From IMG/VR virus record IMGVR_UViG_2895767234_000001, positions 7,555 through 71,554 of that record: a DNA stretch of 64,000 bases, one strand, 5' to 3'. The notes under the pieces are model-generated. The model was not told where the DNA came from and did no database searches. It saw only the letters and a program-made list of their open reading frames with translations. The translations under genes were made by a program, and so were the position numbers. This document shows, in pieces, positions 20,102 to 29,168 of the stretch (the first letter of the stretch is position 1; each line of letters opens with the position of its first letter). The stretch is from a virus. Lineage: Duplodnaviria > Caudoviricetes.

Positions 20102-20439
20102 GCGAACAAGAATTGACTGTCATTACCGACGATTCCCAGGTTCCCGCCTTCAAGAGCGAGAAGGAGGAGGCTGAGTTCTGGGACACCCACACCTTTGCCC
20201 CCGGCATGATGACGAAAGCGAATGCCGCTGAGCTGGAAGCGGCAGGCCTGCTTCCCTCTACGCCGCCTCGCCCCGTGCGTCCCGCCAAATCCAACCCTGT
20301 CAGCCTGCGCCTCGGCGTCGATCTGGAGCGGCGCCTGCGGCACCTGGCGGAACTCAAGGGCACGACCTCCCAGACCCTGATGAAGGAATTCGTGCTGGAA
20401 CGGGTCTACGAGGAAGAAAAACGCCTCCATGTCATCTGA
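20098..20439 (+). CDS. BrnA/CopG-like antitoxin (orphan)
   Basis: VPAFKSEKEEAEFWDTH N-terminus plus a C-terminal RHH (VSLRL...LKG...QTLMKEFVLERV). Confidence 0.8.
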   Translation: MSEQELTVITDDSQVPAFKSEKEEAEFWDTHTFAPGMMTKANAAELEAAGLLPSTPPRPVRPAKSNPVSLRLGVDLERRLRHLAELKGTTSQTLMKEFVLERVYEEEKRLHVI

Positions 20440-20488
20440 CATGCGCCCGGAAGCACCTGAAATGAAAAACCCCCGGCCAACGCTGGGG

Positions 20489-21666
20489 GGTAGTTGGTTG
20501 GAACTATTCCCGACAGGCTGCGCCACAGGGCAGGCTGAGCAGATCCCGGATGGACCAGCACCGCCCGGTCAAACCAATGGCCATTGCTGGCGTGCGCTGC
20601 GCATATTTTTGTCGTCCCACTGGCACAGCCAGTGGTTGACGAAGCCCCCTCTGCGGTCGGCACCAGTTGTAAACGCCCTGCACCACGTGAGCAAGGGTGA
20701 AGCGATGGATGGGCAGCCTCGCGAACGCGAGGCTTTTGCGGACCAGATGCGGATTCATACGGCGTGCTGTGCCATTCTGACGCTCCACGGCTGAAGTGTT
20801 CGGCTTCGTGTACCCAAGGGTTCTCAGTTCGAGGTTCACCCGTTTCTGTATTCCAGCGGCAATCTCCGTCCTCACGCGCACCACTCGTTTCCCGCTGTAC
20901 TCCTTGATGATTCGGACGTGAGCCAGACCGCGTGGAATGCGGTAAGCCTTCCTGGGAAAGCGACCTCGCTTTCCTTTCCGTGGAGGCTGCCACGAAGTCC
21001 CAAACACGTCCAGAAACAGGGTCTGGTACGGCAAGTAGCCGTCAGTGAACAGCACCAGGTGCTGTGGATTCGCCAACCTTTCGCGAGCGTTCACGAGCAA
21101 TACCTTCGTCAGTTCAGCGGTTCTGGCCCCGACCTGCCCCTCAATGATGAACTTACTTTTGGGGTCGACAACGGTGAAATCCCACGCCTGTTCACGCTTC
21201 TCGCCTACGAAACTGTGCCGCTCATCGGCTTGCATGCTCGTGACCTCAAGGTCATGAGCGTGCTGATCATGGAACTGTTGTAAATGAACCCCAGCGCGAC
21301 AAACGATTCGAGCAACGGTCGTGCGATGACAGGCTGTGAGAACCGCAGTGGATGAAAAACAGGTGCCATGAGTGATGTGGTCAATGACGCGGTCGACCTG
21401 TTCCGGCGGTAATTTGCTGCCCCAATAGGGTGTCCCCTTGGTTTCGCTGAATTCAGTGCCACAGGTACGGCACCTGAGCAGGCGACGCTTTTCAGGGCCG
21501 TAGAACTTGCGCAGATGGATGTTCTGTCGACCGGGTTGGTGGAAGTCTGGACAATGCGAGGTCTGGCAAACGAAACTGTTGAGTGGGAGCGAAAATAACA
21601 CGCCCGGAGATAGGCTCCGGGCGCTCCCATTTCAACCCCTGTCGGGAATAGTTCCAACCAACTACC
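20489..21666 (-). mobile_element. IS1-family insertion sequence (1178 bp)
   Basis: Perfect 29-bp terminal IR GGTAGTTGGTTGGAACTATTCCCGACAGG; 8-bp target duplication CGCTGGGG at 20481-20488 and 21667-21674. Confidence 0.92.
20504..21601 (-). CDS. IS1-family transposase (Zn-finger, HTH, DDE)
   Basis: CxxxxC...CRTC zinc ribbon, MQADERHSFVGEK, LFTDG, TSAVERQNGTAR, QRTPAMAIGL. Confidence 0.9.
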   Translation of the reverse strand: MLFSLPLNSFVCQTSHCPDFHQPGRQNIHLRKFYGPEKRRLLRCRTCGTEFSETKGTPYWGSKLPPEQVDRVIDHITHGTCFSSTAVLTACHRTTVARIVCRAGVHLQQFHDQHAHDLEVTSMQADERHSFVGEKREQAWDFTVVDPKSKFIIEGQVGARTAELTKVLLVNARERLANPQHLVLFTDGYLPYQTLFLDVFGTSWQPPRKGKRGRFPRKAYRIPRGLAHVRIIKEYSGKRVVRVRTEIAAGIQKRVNLELRTLGYTKPNTSAVERQNGTARRMNPHLVRKSLAFARLPIHRFTLAHVVQGVYNWCRPQRGLRQPLAVPVGRQKYAQRTPAMAIGLTGRCWSIRDLLSLPCGAACRE

Positions 21667-21737
21667 CGCTGGGGGCTTTTGGCTTTAAAGCAAAACTAGT
21701 TCATTTCTAGCACTCGATCAACGTCCTTGCTGCCGAA

Positions 21738-21920
21738 ATGCCCAAGCCTCCGCGCTCTCCTATCGTCACCGACCGGGAAAAGACCATCGGCGTGCGCGTA
21801 AGCCCCAGGGAATACGAGGCTATTCAGCGCCGCGCAGACAAACTAGGTCTGCGCGTAGCGTCGTATGTGCGACTACTCGCCTTGCAAGATGCGGAGGAAG
21901 AACTGAGTCCTAAAAACTGA
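21738..21920 (+). CDS. Ribbon-helix-helix DNA-binding protein (60 aa)
   Basis: KTIGVRVSPREYEAIQRRADKLGLRVASYVRLLAL is a typical RHH pattern. Confidence 0.75.
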   Translation: MPKPPRSPIVTDREKTIGVRVSPREYEAIQRRADKLGLRVASYVRLLALQDAEEELSPKN

Positions 21921-21954
21921 CCCCGCTCTCGCCGAACCGTCGTGAGGTGGAATG

Positions 21955-21983
21955 AAGAAACCCGCTGTAGAGGCGGGTTTCTT
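21955..21983. terminator. Bidirectional intrinsic terminator
   Basis: AAGAAACCCGC-N7-GCGGGTTTCTT between convergent genes. Confidence 0.8.
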
Positions 21984-22002
21984 GCGATTAGTCAGGGGTA
22001 AG

Positions 22003-22671
22003 TCACTCAGCGCTAGGGTACAACTTGTCGCTCAGCTCAAACTTTTTAATACCAAAATCAGCACTGACAATTACGTAGGCCTTAGTGGCTGTTTTTGCCA
22101 TTTCTACAACTTGGGGATTGACAGTAAATACGTATTTATTTGAGCCATACCAGCTACAGGAGCCGCCTTTACAACTAACGCTCCAAAAGTCCGGATCACC
22201 CTTCCACTCCACAACGGGCTTTAGTCTTCCCACTTCTTTTCCCACTGCATCCTCAAAAACGATGGCAGTGTTCCAACTCTGAGTGAATTTGGGATCGCCA
22301 ACAGTTCCAAAAACCGAAACGCTAGTAATAGTTCCCAATGGGTCGGGCCGCTTTTCTAGTCGTTTCGCCGCCGCGTTGCACGAGTCGGCAAATTCGCCAG
22401 CAGGGGTGATTAGGTAGACGGTGTTCTTATTGTCATCGAACAGCTTGATATTTGTGCCGCCCTTATAACGCGTAATGATCACACCCCAAGCATCTACATT
22501 TGCCTTTGGCGCGTTAAAATCTGGCATTGGTACATTGGCGAATTCCTCGCCTCCCAAACACCTTGACGTCAAGGTCTGAAGGGATGGCTTGAAAATCTTC
22601 TCCAGGAACGGGCTTGCCCCCGCCAGCCCACTCAGCCCCAGCACCGTCGCCATCATCAGCATCTTTTTCAT
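22003..22671 (-). CDS. Secreted low-GC moron protein (222 aa)
   Basis: Signal peptide MKKMLMMATVLGLSGLAGA; four Cys; markedly AT-richer than the phage backbone. Confidence 0.75.
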   Translation of the reverse strand: MKKMLMMATVLGLSGLAGASPFLEKIFKPSLQTLTSRCLGGEEFANVPMPDFNAPKANVDAWGVIITRYKGGTNIKLFDDNKNTVYLITPAGEFADSCNAAAKRLEKRPDPLGTITSVSVFGTVGDPKFTQSWNTAIVFEDAVGKEVGRLKPVVEWKGDPDFWSVSCKGGSCSWYGSNKYVFTVNPQVVEMAKTATKAYVIVSADFGIKKFELSDKLYPSAE

Positions 22672-22680
22672 GCCCTCACC

Positions 22681-23193
22681 CTACCCGTCGTCTGTCACAG
22701 AAGCCTCACCCAGCAACGCCGCGTACCCTTCCCCGACCTGCCTCACCCGTTCGAGGTTGTCCTCACGCTCAATGGCCTGGATACACCACGAAGGCAATAA
22801 TCCGGCTTCAATCGCCCGGTTAAGCGCGCAGCAGTGCTGAGGCTCGAACGCTGGCGTCAGGCCGCTCAGCGGTTGCGGCTGGAAGCCCGGTGCGAGTTCT
22901 GCTGCTGTCCATACGCTGCCAGCGTCCGGGGCTTCACCCCCTTTCCCTTTGCCGCCCAGGGCATTGCCCACGAAGGCCATCAGTTGAATGAACGGCCAAG
23001 CCAGGCGGTGTTGAATCCCGGGGATGCGCATGAACAGCAGGCTGATGACCAGCGACTCCGTCTCCATGGCCTTATCCAGCGGGTAGGCCGGGTAGTGTTC
23101 GACCACGCTCAGAATCACGTCATCAAACTCCAGCCGCGCTGCGCCCTGGCTCAGCCGTGCAAGGGCAAGTTCTCTGGCGTGGGGGCGTTTGGG
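22681..23193 (-). CDS. Tail assembly chaperone T segment, reached by -1 frameshift
   Basis: Frame is open from the slippery heptamer C CCA AAC (23187-23193) through ORF 22681..23118. Confidence 0.75.
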   Translation of the reverse strand, partial: PKRPHARELALARLSQGAARLEFDDVILSVVEHYPAYPLDKAMETESLVISLLFMRIPGIQHRLAWPFIQLMAFVGNALGGKGKGGEAPDAGSVWTAAELAPGFQPQPLSGLTPAFEPQHCCALNRAIEAGLLPSWCIQAIEREDNLERVRQVGEGYAALLGEASVTDDG

Positions 23194-23963
23194 ATTTCAC
23201 CTTCCGGCTCAGGGTTTTTCCCGGTCACGTAGAAGTTCAGCAGGGCTTCCAGGTCGGCCAGTCCCAGGTGCTCGAGCAGCCACGAACCGTCCACCGCGCC
23301 CGCCTCATCATCCACCCGGCGGGCGTTCAGCAGGTCGGCAATCACCTGTGCTTTCTCGCGTTGTACGTTCGTCTGCTGGTGGTAGAAATCCGCCGCGCCG
23401 CTCAGGGCCTCGCGGACGCCGCCGCTCGCCAGCAGGACAGACGGGTCTTCACCCAGGGCCGCAAAACGGGCGGCACGGGCCAGGGTGTCCATCTCGTTCA
23501 TGACGGTGCGCAGGCGGCGGTACTCGCCGTAGTTCATCAGGCGACCCGCAAAGGTACGGCCCGCGATTTCCAGGGGCTCGACTTCCTGAAGGTCGAAGTT
23601 GAAGTCGTCGCGGGGCACCAGGCCGGGGCCGTTATGCCCGGTGCGCAGAAACAGGGTCAGATCGGTCACGCTGCTGGGGCCGAGGTGCTGTTCCGTCCAG
23701 GTGCGCCAGTCGGTAATGTGCAGCTCACCCAGGTACCGCTTTTGCAGCAGGCCGCCCAGCACGCCTGTCAGGGTCAGCAGGTCTTCATTCGGGTTCAGGC
23801 CCAGCGCAGCCACGCCGTTGGCTTCCTGCAAGAGCAGTTCTTCCTCAGCCGTCAGGCGCTTCGAGGTAAAAGCCTGCCCGTCCAGCTTAAAGGGAAGCTG
23901 CTGAAGGGTTTTCGTGGCAAATACGAGTCTTGGTTTCTGTTTCTGATTGTCCTGGTTGGTCAT
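23151..23963 (-). CDS. Tail assembly chaperone G (270 aa)
   Basis: Lies between the tail tube and tape measure genes; slippery site near its 3' end. Confidence 0.75.
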   Translation of the reverse strand: MTNQDNQKQKPRLVFATKTLQQLPFKLDGQAFTSKRLTAEEELLLQEANGVAALGLNPNEDLLTLTGVLGGLLQKRYLGELHITDWRTWTEQHLGPSSVTDLTLFLRTGHNGPGLVPRDDFNFDLQEVEPLEIAGRTFAGRLMNYGEYRRLRTVMNEMDTLARAARFAALGEDPSVLLASGGVREALSGAADFYHQQTNVQREKAQVIADLLNARRVDDEAGAVDGSWLLEHLGLADLEALLNFYVTGKNPEPEGEIPNAPTPENLPLHG

Positions 23964-24196
23964 GTGGGGTTCTCCGTCAAAAAGTCGTGTGGCTTGCCGG
24001 GGTAATCGCCAGCCAGGGCCGCTTCAGGCAGCGTGAACAGGCGGGCCTCACCGTGTTCGTCGATCAGCGTGACGCGGCTTTCCGTGGCGTCCAGAACGAA
24101 CAGCAGGGCATCCTCAAGGACGCCCTGCTCAGTCAGTGCTGTTTCGCTGACCACGACGACGTTCGGCATGTGCAGGTCGTCGCGGTAGACGGGCAT
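23960..24196 (-). CDS. Hypothetical protein (78 aa)
   Basis: TAATG and ATGA coupling on both sides. Confidence 0.6.
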   Translation of the reverse strand: MPVYRDDLHMPNVVVVSETALTEQGVLEDALLFVLDATESRVTLIDEHGEARLFTLPEAALAGDYPGKPHDFLTENPT

Positions 24197-25029
24197 TAAC
24201 CCATGTAGTCGACGGTCACGGTGCCGCCGTTACTGGCCGCCGCTCCACCCACGCGGACGGTGTAGGTGCCTGCGGGCGCCGCGGCGAAGGTCGCGCCGTC
24301 CGTGCCGGTGGCCTTGACCGCTCCAGTGCTGTCCACGATGGACACCGTGCGGGCGCTGCTCGCTCCGGCAGTCACGGCCATGATGTCGCCAGCGCCGGTG
24401 CTGGTGAGCGTGTAATTGGCTTCCTGGTTCGCGGCCATGTTTTGCAGATTGGTCGCCACGTTGTCCGCCAGATTGCCGCCGTTGATGGCCGGCGGCAGGT
24501 TGCTGCCCCCACCGAAGTCGGTCTTGGTGAAGACGCCCGCGGCATCCACGGTGCCTTTCTCGGGTTTGCCCAGCGGGTTCAGGCCGTTCGTCATCTTGAT
24601 CAGGCCTTTGCTGGGAATGGTCAGTTTCCATTCCTTCACTTCCAGCAGGCCACGGTACACGGGCTTGCCGTTGCCCAGGCCGAGCGGGTAGATGCGGTAC
24701 CAGACGCGGGTGTCCGTCTCATACGCCGTTTCGAGCATCTGAATGGCCCGGTCGTTCTCGGCCCAGGTCGCGTCACCCGTGGTGATGGTGTTGGTTTCAC
24801 TGCCGTCGTTGACCTGCACGTCGTTCCCGCCAGTGCAGAAGTTGTTCACGGTCTCGCTGCCTTTCTGCCCGCCAATCTCCAATTGGCTGGTGGCGCAGAA
24901 GTACGCCCAGGTACCGTTCTGGGTGTTGAAGGCAGGCTCGGTGCCGCTGCCGTCATCCAGGGCGATGTACATGCGGGCGTTCTTGCCGAAGCGGACATTG
25001 GGGGCGTTGGTCTGGCTGGGCTGGGTCAT
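24196..25029 (-). CDS. Major tail (tube) protein with C-terminal beta-rich appendage
   Basis: Tube-like N-terminal part (YRIYPLG...YRGLLEVKEW); position in the operon; Thr/Gly-rich C-domain. Confidence 0.8.
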   Translation of the reverse strand: MTQPSQTNAPNVRFGKNARMYIALDDGSGTEPAFNTQNGTWAYFCATSQLEIGGQKGSETVNNFCTGGNDVQVNDGSETNTITTGDATWAENDRAIQMLETAYETDTRVWYRIYPLGLGNGKPVYRGLLEVKEWKLTIPSKGLIKMTNGLNPLGKPEKGTVDAAGVFTKTDFGGGSNLPPAINGGNLADNVATNLQNMAANQEANYTLTSTGAGDIMAVTAGASSARTVSIVDSTGAVKATGTDGATFAAAPAGTYTVRVGGAAASNGGTVTVDYMG

Positions 25030-25430
25030 GGTGTTTCCTCCAGAAACTGTGAGGGGTCGTAGAGCAGGCTCATGGTGGACTGCTCAGGGATGTCGGCGGT
25101 GGCTTCTTGCAGCCTGGGCTCGTCCCAGAAGGGCCAGAACACCTGGGCAAGCGCATTGGTAGCGTCTTGAAGGGCGTCCGGGCCGCCGTCGTGATTGACC
25201 AGCCGCACCGGGTAGGCGCGGGGCAAGTCGGGAATGCCGAACATGTCAGGCGTGATGGGTTTGGGATTGGTGGCGATCAGGCATTCCAGGCCCTGGACGG
25301 TGGTGCCTTCAGGCGGGTCGCCCAGATTGATGGCGGGGACGACTTCGCCTCCGGGCAGGGTGTACGCGCCCAGCAGGCCAGTCAGGGCGGCCTCGATGCG
25401 CTGGCGCATGAGGATGGCAGGGGTGGTCAC
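25026..25430 (-). CDS. Putative tail terminator/completion protein
   Basis: Size and position in the neck module. Confidence 0.55.
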   Translation of the reverse strand: MTTPAILMRQRIEAALTGLLGAYTLPGGEVVPAINLGDPPEGTTVQGLECLIATNPKPITPDMFGIPDLPRAYPVRLVNHDGGPDALQDATNALAQVFWPFWDEPRLQEATADIPEQSTMSLLYDPSQFLEETP

Positions 25431-25456
25431 ATGGATTGCACCTCCAGGGGTGGTTT

Positions 25457-25834
25457 TTAGCGGAAGTGCTTGGTGAAACTGGCCTGCCAGTCGAAGTGCT
25501 GCGCCACGTACTGAGGCAGGTTGCGCGCCGGCAGGCTGTACGCCCGCTTGCGGTACACCGCGCCCAGGAAAACGGCCGCGGCGTGATCGGCTGTCCAGTC
25601 GATGGTGGCGTTCAGGCCGTGAACCACAGGGGGCTGCTGACTGCCCTGGAGTTCGCCCAGGTCGATCAGGTTGCGGGGGCTGCCCACCTGCTGACCGCTG
25701 CGGCGGCGGGTGGTGGCCGGCCAGGCCCAGACCGGGTCGTCGAAGGTTTCCTGACAGGCGTCGGCGAAGTCCTGCGCCATGCCCGCGAAGGCGCGCTCCA
25801 CAGGCAGGAGGTCAATCCGGGTCTGAACGGTCAT
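25457..25834 (-). CDS. HK97 gp10-like neck protein
   Basis: VGSPRNLIDLGELQGS...WTADHAAAVFLG pattern. Confidence 0.65.
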   Translation of the reverse strand: MTVQTRIDLLPVERAFAGMAQDFADACQETFDDPVWAWPATTRRRSGQQVGSPRNLIDLGELQGSQQPPVVHGLNATIDWTADHAAAVFLGAVYRKRAYSLPARNLPQYVAQHFDWQASFTKHFR

Positions 25835-26589
25835 CCGGCCCTCCAGGTGGCAATGAAACGGGAGCCGAACTGCGCTTCCTGCGCCAGATCCAGGTCGGGG
25901 TAGGCCAGCTTGACCGTGAGCGTCCCAGCCTGACCGTCGAGCGTGAGTGGGCTGGTGCTGCCCCAGCGGACGCCGTTCGGCCTCAGCAGCGGGTGACTGA
26001 GCGTGCCCCAGCGTCCGATCAGCACGGCGCTGGCACTGTCGGCCCCCACCATGTCCCGGACGCGCGGGTCGTCGGTGGCGGAGAGCCGGGCAGGAATGGT
26101 CAGCGGCACGCCCGGCGCGGGAACGAGATTGCCCCGGCTGTCGCGTACCGTGCCGACGCCGGGGATGATGAAGGTGAGGGACTCGACGCGGGTACGCTCC
26201 GCCAGGGGGGCCAGACGCACCACCCAGCAGAAGTTCAGGTCGAATGGGTTGAGCGGCGGGGCCACCGGCACGAGTTGGCGGGCCGCCGCGTCCGTCACCA
26301 GGAACCCGACCTGACCCACCGGGGCCGTGAAGGGGAACAGGCCAGTGAAGGTGCGGCTGGTAATGCCGGGCTCGTCAATCTTGGGCCCGGCACTGCTGCG
26401 GTCTTCTTCCTGGCCGATCAATGCCCGCACCGCGTGGTCAGCCTGGTCGGCGAAGGTGCGGACGTTCACCAGCCGGGCAAAGTCGCTGGCGAGGACACTT
26501 TGCACGATAGGGCCGACTTGCTCGACCTCGGCGCGGGCGGCGTTGAAGAAGTCGACGTCGATCACCGGGCGGCTCCAGGGAATGACCAC
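25831..26589 (-). CDS. Putative head-closure protein (252 aa)
   Basis: Start re-called at GTG (MVIPWSRP); neck module position. Confidence 0.5.
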   Translation of the reverse strand: MVIPWSRPVIDVDFFNAARAEVEQVGPIVQSVLASDFARLVNVRTFADQADHAVRALIGQEEDRSSAGPKIDEPGITSRTFTGLFPFTAPVGQVGFLVTDAAARQLVPVAPPLNPFDLNFCWVVRLAPLAERTRVESLTFIIPGVGTVRDSRGNLVPAPGVPLTIPARLSATDDPRVRDMVGADSASAVLIGRWGTLSHPLLRPNGVRWGSTSPLTLDGQAGTLTVKLAYPDLDLAQEAQFGSRFIATWRAG

Positions 26590-26978
26590 CTGATGCTGGC
26601 CGGAAACACCAGGTTCAGGAGCTGGTCGGCGAGGGTGCCCAGATCCGCCTGCCCGAGAAGCAGGTTGCCGCGCTGGTCGGTCTGGTTGGGGTTGAGCTGG
26701 AGTTCCAGGCCGGGGAGCTTGATGCCCTTGAGTCCCCTCCCGCCCGCGCTGCTGGTGAAGGTCAGCGTGCCGTCCACCCCCGCTTTCAGGGCCAGAGCGC
26801 GAGCCGCCACCGCCATGCGCACCGCACTCAGCTGGTTCGCCGTGAGGCCTGCCAGAGAAGCCGACCGCCGCGCCAGCTCCCCTTCCAGCCACAGGGCAGC
26901 CAGGCGCAGGTGCACCGAACTCACCTCGTCGGCATCCGGGAACAGCGCCGTCACCTCCTCGGGCGTGACCGGCTCCAC
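26562..26978 (-). CDS. Putative head-tail adaptor
   Basis: Helical 138-aa protein in the expected position. Confidence 0.55.
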   Translation of the reverse strand: MEPVTPEEVTALFPDADEVSSVHLRLAALWLEGELARRSASLAGLTANQLSAVRMAVAARALALKAGVDGTLTFTSSAGGRGLKGIKLPGLELQLNPNQTDQRGNLLLGQADLGTLADQLLNLVFPASIRWSFPGAAR

Positions 26979-26979
26979 G

Positions 26980-27525
26980 TCAAACCTCGATCAGGGTGCC
27001 GTTGCGCAGCCCTTCATTGATCAGCGCGGTGCGCTTCACCGTGACGGGCTGATCACTGATCACGCGCCGGCCTTCCGCCTGTTCGGGGTCGGTGAAGGTG
27101 CCGCCAAACGTGGCCACGCGCTGGTTCACTTGCACCTTCAGCGGTTTTTCCGAGTCGGAGGGGCTGCCCTGGGTGATGGGCGCGGTCTCCTGCTTCCCGG
27201 CCCCGGCGTCCGTCCCCTGGGCCTGGGTCTGGGTGGTGGGCACGGCCAGCTGGTGCTGCACTTCCAGAACCACGGCGTCTTTCTCGGTCTCAGCCCGCCC
27301 AAGCCAGTTCCTGAGCTGGTCGGCGTCGGCGGTGGTGGGCAGCTCCGTGTCGATCAGGGCTTCGAGCTGCCAGCTGAGGACGGCCTTCTCGGTGGCCTCC
27401 CGATTCGTGTCCAGGCCGGTGGCCCAGCCATCGAGAGTGGCCGCATTGGGTGTGCTGGCCTCGGGATCGATGGTGATGTTGAGGGCGTCCTGAATCTTCT
27501 TCGCGTTTTCTTTCTTGGTCGCCAT
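26980..27525 (-). CDS. Hypothetical head-associated protein (181 aa)
   Basis: AGAGG RBS; follows the capsid genes. Confidence 0.65.
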   Translation of the reverse strand: MATKKENAKKIQDALNITIDPEASTPNAATLDGWATGLDTNREATEKAVLSWQLEALIDTELPTTADADQLRNWLGRAETEKDAVVLEVQHQLAVPTTQTQAQGTDAGAGKQETAPITQGSPSDSEKPLKVQVNQRVATFGGTFTDPEQAEGRRVISDQPVTVKRTALINEGLRNGTLIEV

Positions 27526-27601
27526 GAGGCTGTACCTCCCGGTGAGAGGGCGTCAAACAACGCCCCGCCCGCAGCACAGGGCCGGAGCAGGGCGGACGGG
27601 A

Positions 27602-27964
27602 CTAGGGGCTGTTGTAGGTTTCCATCTGACCGCCGATGGCCGCTTCCTGACCCATGATGATTTCCACGGTGTAGGTCTGGCCGGGGGTCACGTCGGCGCT
27701 CAGGCCCCAGCTGCTGTCGGTGCCCAGCAGGGGTTCACCATCCACCGGCGTGCGGGCCACCAGGTGGCCTCCAGCGTCGAGCAGGCGCATCGGTTCTTGC
27801 AACACGCCACCGATGCCGTATTTGTAGAGCCGGAAAGAGTAGCCGGTTCCGATCTGGACGGTGAAGGTCACCACCTCGCCGGGGGTGCCGGCCGCGTTCC
27901 AGCCGGTGCCCGGGCCGGAGGTCACGGTGTAGTCGGCTGGGGGGGCGCTCCCCCCAGCATTTAA
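27602..27964 (-). CDS. Beta-sandwich domain in the -1 frame at the end of the capsid gene (probable capsid C-terminal extension)
   Basis: -1 frame is open across the MCP stop: P-LNAGGSAPPADYTVTSGPG...; weak independent RBS. Confidence 0.55.
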   Translation of the reverse strand, partial: LNAGGSAPPADYTVTSGPGTGWNAAGTPGEVVTFTVQIGTGYSFRLYKYGIGGVLQEPMRLLDAGGHLVARTPVDGEPLLGTDSSWGLSADVTPGQTYTVEIIMGQEAAIGGQMETYNSP

Positions 27965-29079
27965 GGGTTTAGGGTCAGGGTCACGCCCACGCCGTTGTCG
28001 GGCTTGCCAAGCGCGATGCTCTCGCTGACCTGCACGGCTTCTACCTGGCGCTTCATCAGGTACTCGTACTCCACCAGGTCGAGATCCGGGCTGTAGAACT
28101 CGATCAGGCCGCGCTCAGGGTCAATCGCTAGCAGCTGGTTGCTGCCGTCGAGCACACTGGGGATGGGGGCGATCTTGGGGGTCATGCCCAGGATGCCGGG
28201 CAGGGTTCCCGTGGCCAGGAGCTGCTGGGCCTGCGGGGCCGTGCTGGCGGGGTTGGTCAGAATGGGCAGTTCGAACATCTTGCCGAACGCCACGGTGTCG
28301 CCGGTGACGATGGTGGGGCTCGCGCCGTACTCGGCCGCTTTCTGCCGCAGTTTGATCAGGCTGGCAATCGTCAGGTCAGCGCTGCCGTTGTTCACGTTGG
28401 GGGCCGTGTTGTTGTTCCCGTCGCCGTTCTTGACGAGCTTCAGGGCGAAGCGGGTTTTCTGGCGCAGGACGCGGCGGGCGAACACGGTCAGCCAGCGGTC
28501 GAACAGCGGGAGCCGGGCGCCCATCAGGGCTTCCTTGGTGGCTTCCAGGCGCCCACCGAACTTGGCGAGGTAGGCCACGTAATCGCCCATGTCGATGGTC
28601 ATCACAGGGAACTCGCTGCCCTCGGCGATGCGGCTGGGGTCGCCGTCCGTGTCGCTGGCATTCTCCGTGATGGTGGGAATCTGCGCGATGGTCTGTCCGC
28701 CCGTGAGCGGGATGCGCTCGGCCACCAGGTCGGCGTAGGCAAGTTCACCCTGGCGCTCGTTCTGAATCTCGCGGTAGCGCGACTCGATGTAGTAGGGGAA
28801 CAGGATGCGGTTGTCGTCGTCGCGGAAAAACGCTTCCGTGACGGTCTGGGCGCTGCGCGCCCCTTTCAGGTCGATGCCGGCGGCGGCCAGCACCTGGCGG
28901 TAGGCCGGCACGCTCTGGCCCTGGCTGTTGCGGCGGGTGGGGTCGATGATGCTCTTGTCGATCTCCCCGCTGGCGGCCATGACTTCCAGCTGCTGGTCGA
29001 ACGTGCGGCCCTGGCGGGCGGCTTCTTTTTTCAGGTCGAGGTTGATGTCGGCGATCTTGCTGACGGCGAATCGTTTCAT
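27961..29079 (-). CDS. Major capsid protein (372 aa)
   Basis: HK97-like features (RIAEGSEFP, LAKFGGRLEATKE, LVKNGDGN); follows protease and decoration genes. Confidence 0.88.
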   Translation of the reverse strand: MKRFAVSKIADINLDLKKEAARQGRTFDQQLEVMAASGEIDKSIIDPTRRNSQGQSVPAYRQVLAAAGIDLKGARSAQTVTEAFFRDDDNRILFPYYIESRYREIQNERQGELAYADLVAERIPLTGGQTIAQIPTITENASDTDGDPSRIAEGSEFPVMTIDMGDYVAYLAKFGGRLEATKEALMGARLPLFDRWLTVFARRVLRQKTRFALKLVKNGDGNNNTAPNVNNGSADLTIASLIKLRQKAAEYGASPTIVTGDTVAFGKMFELPILTNPASTAPQAQQLLATGTLPGILGMTPKIAPIPSVLDGSNQLLAIDPERGLIEFYSPDLDLVEYEYLMKRQVEAVQVSESIALGKPDNGVGVTLTLNP

Positions 29080-29168
29080 GCAGGTTCCTCCGGGAACGGG
29101 CTAGGGGCGGCAAAAGAAGGCCGCCGCCCGGGTGGGGGCGGCGGCTCAGGCCAGGGGGAGTGCGAGGC

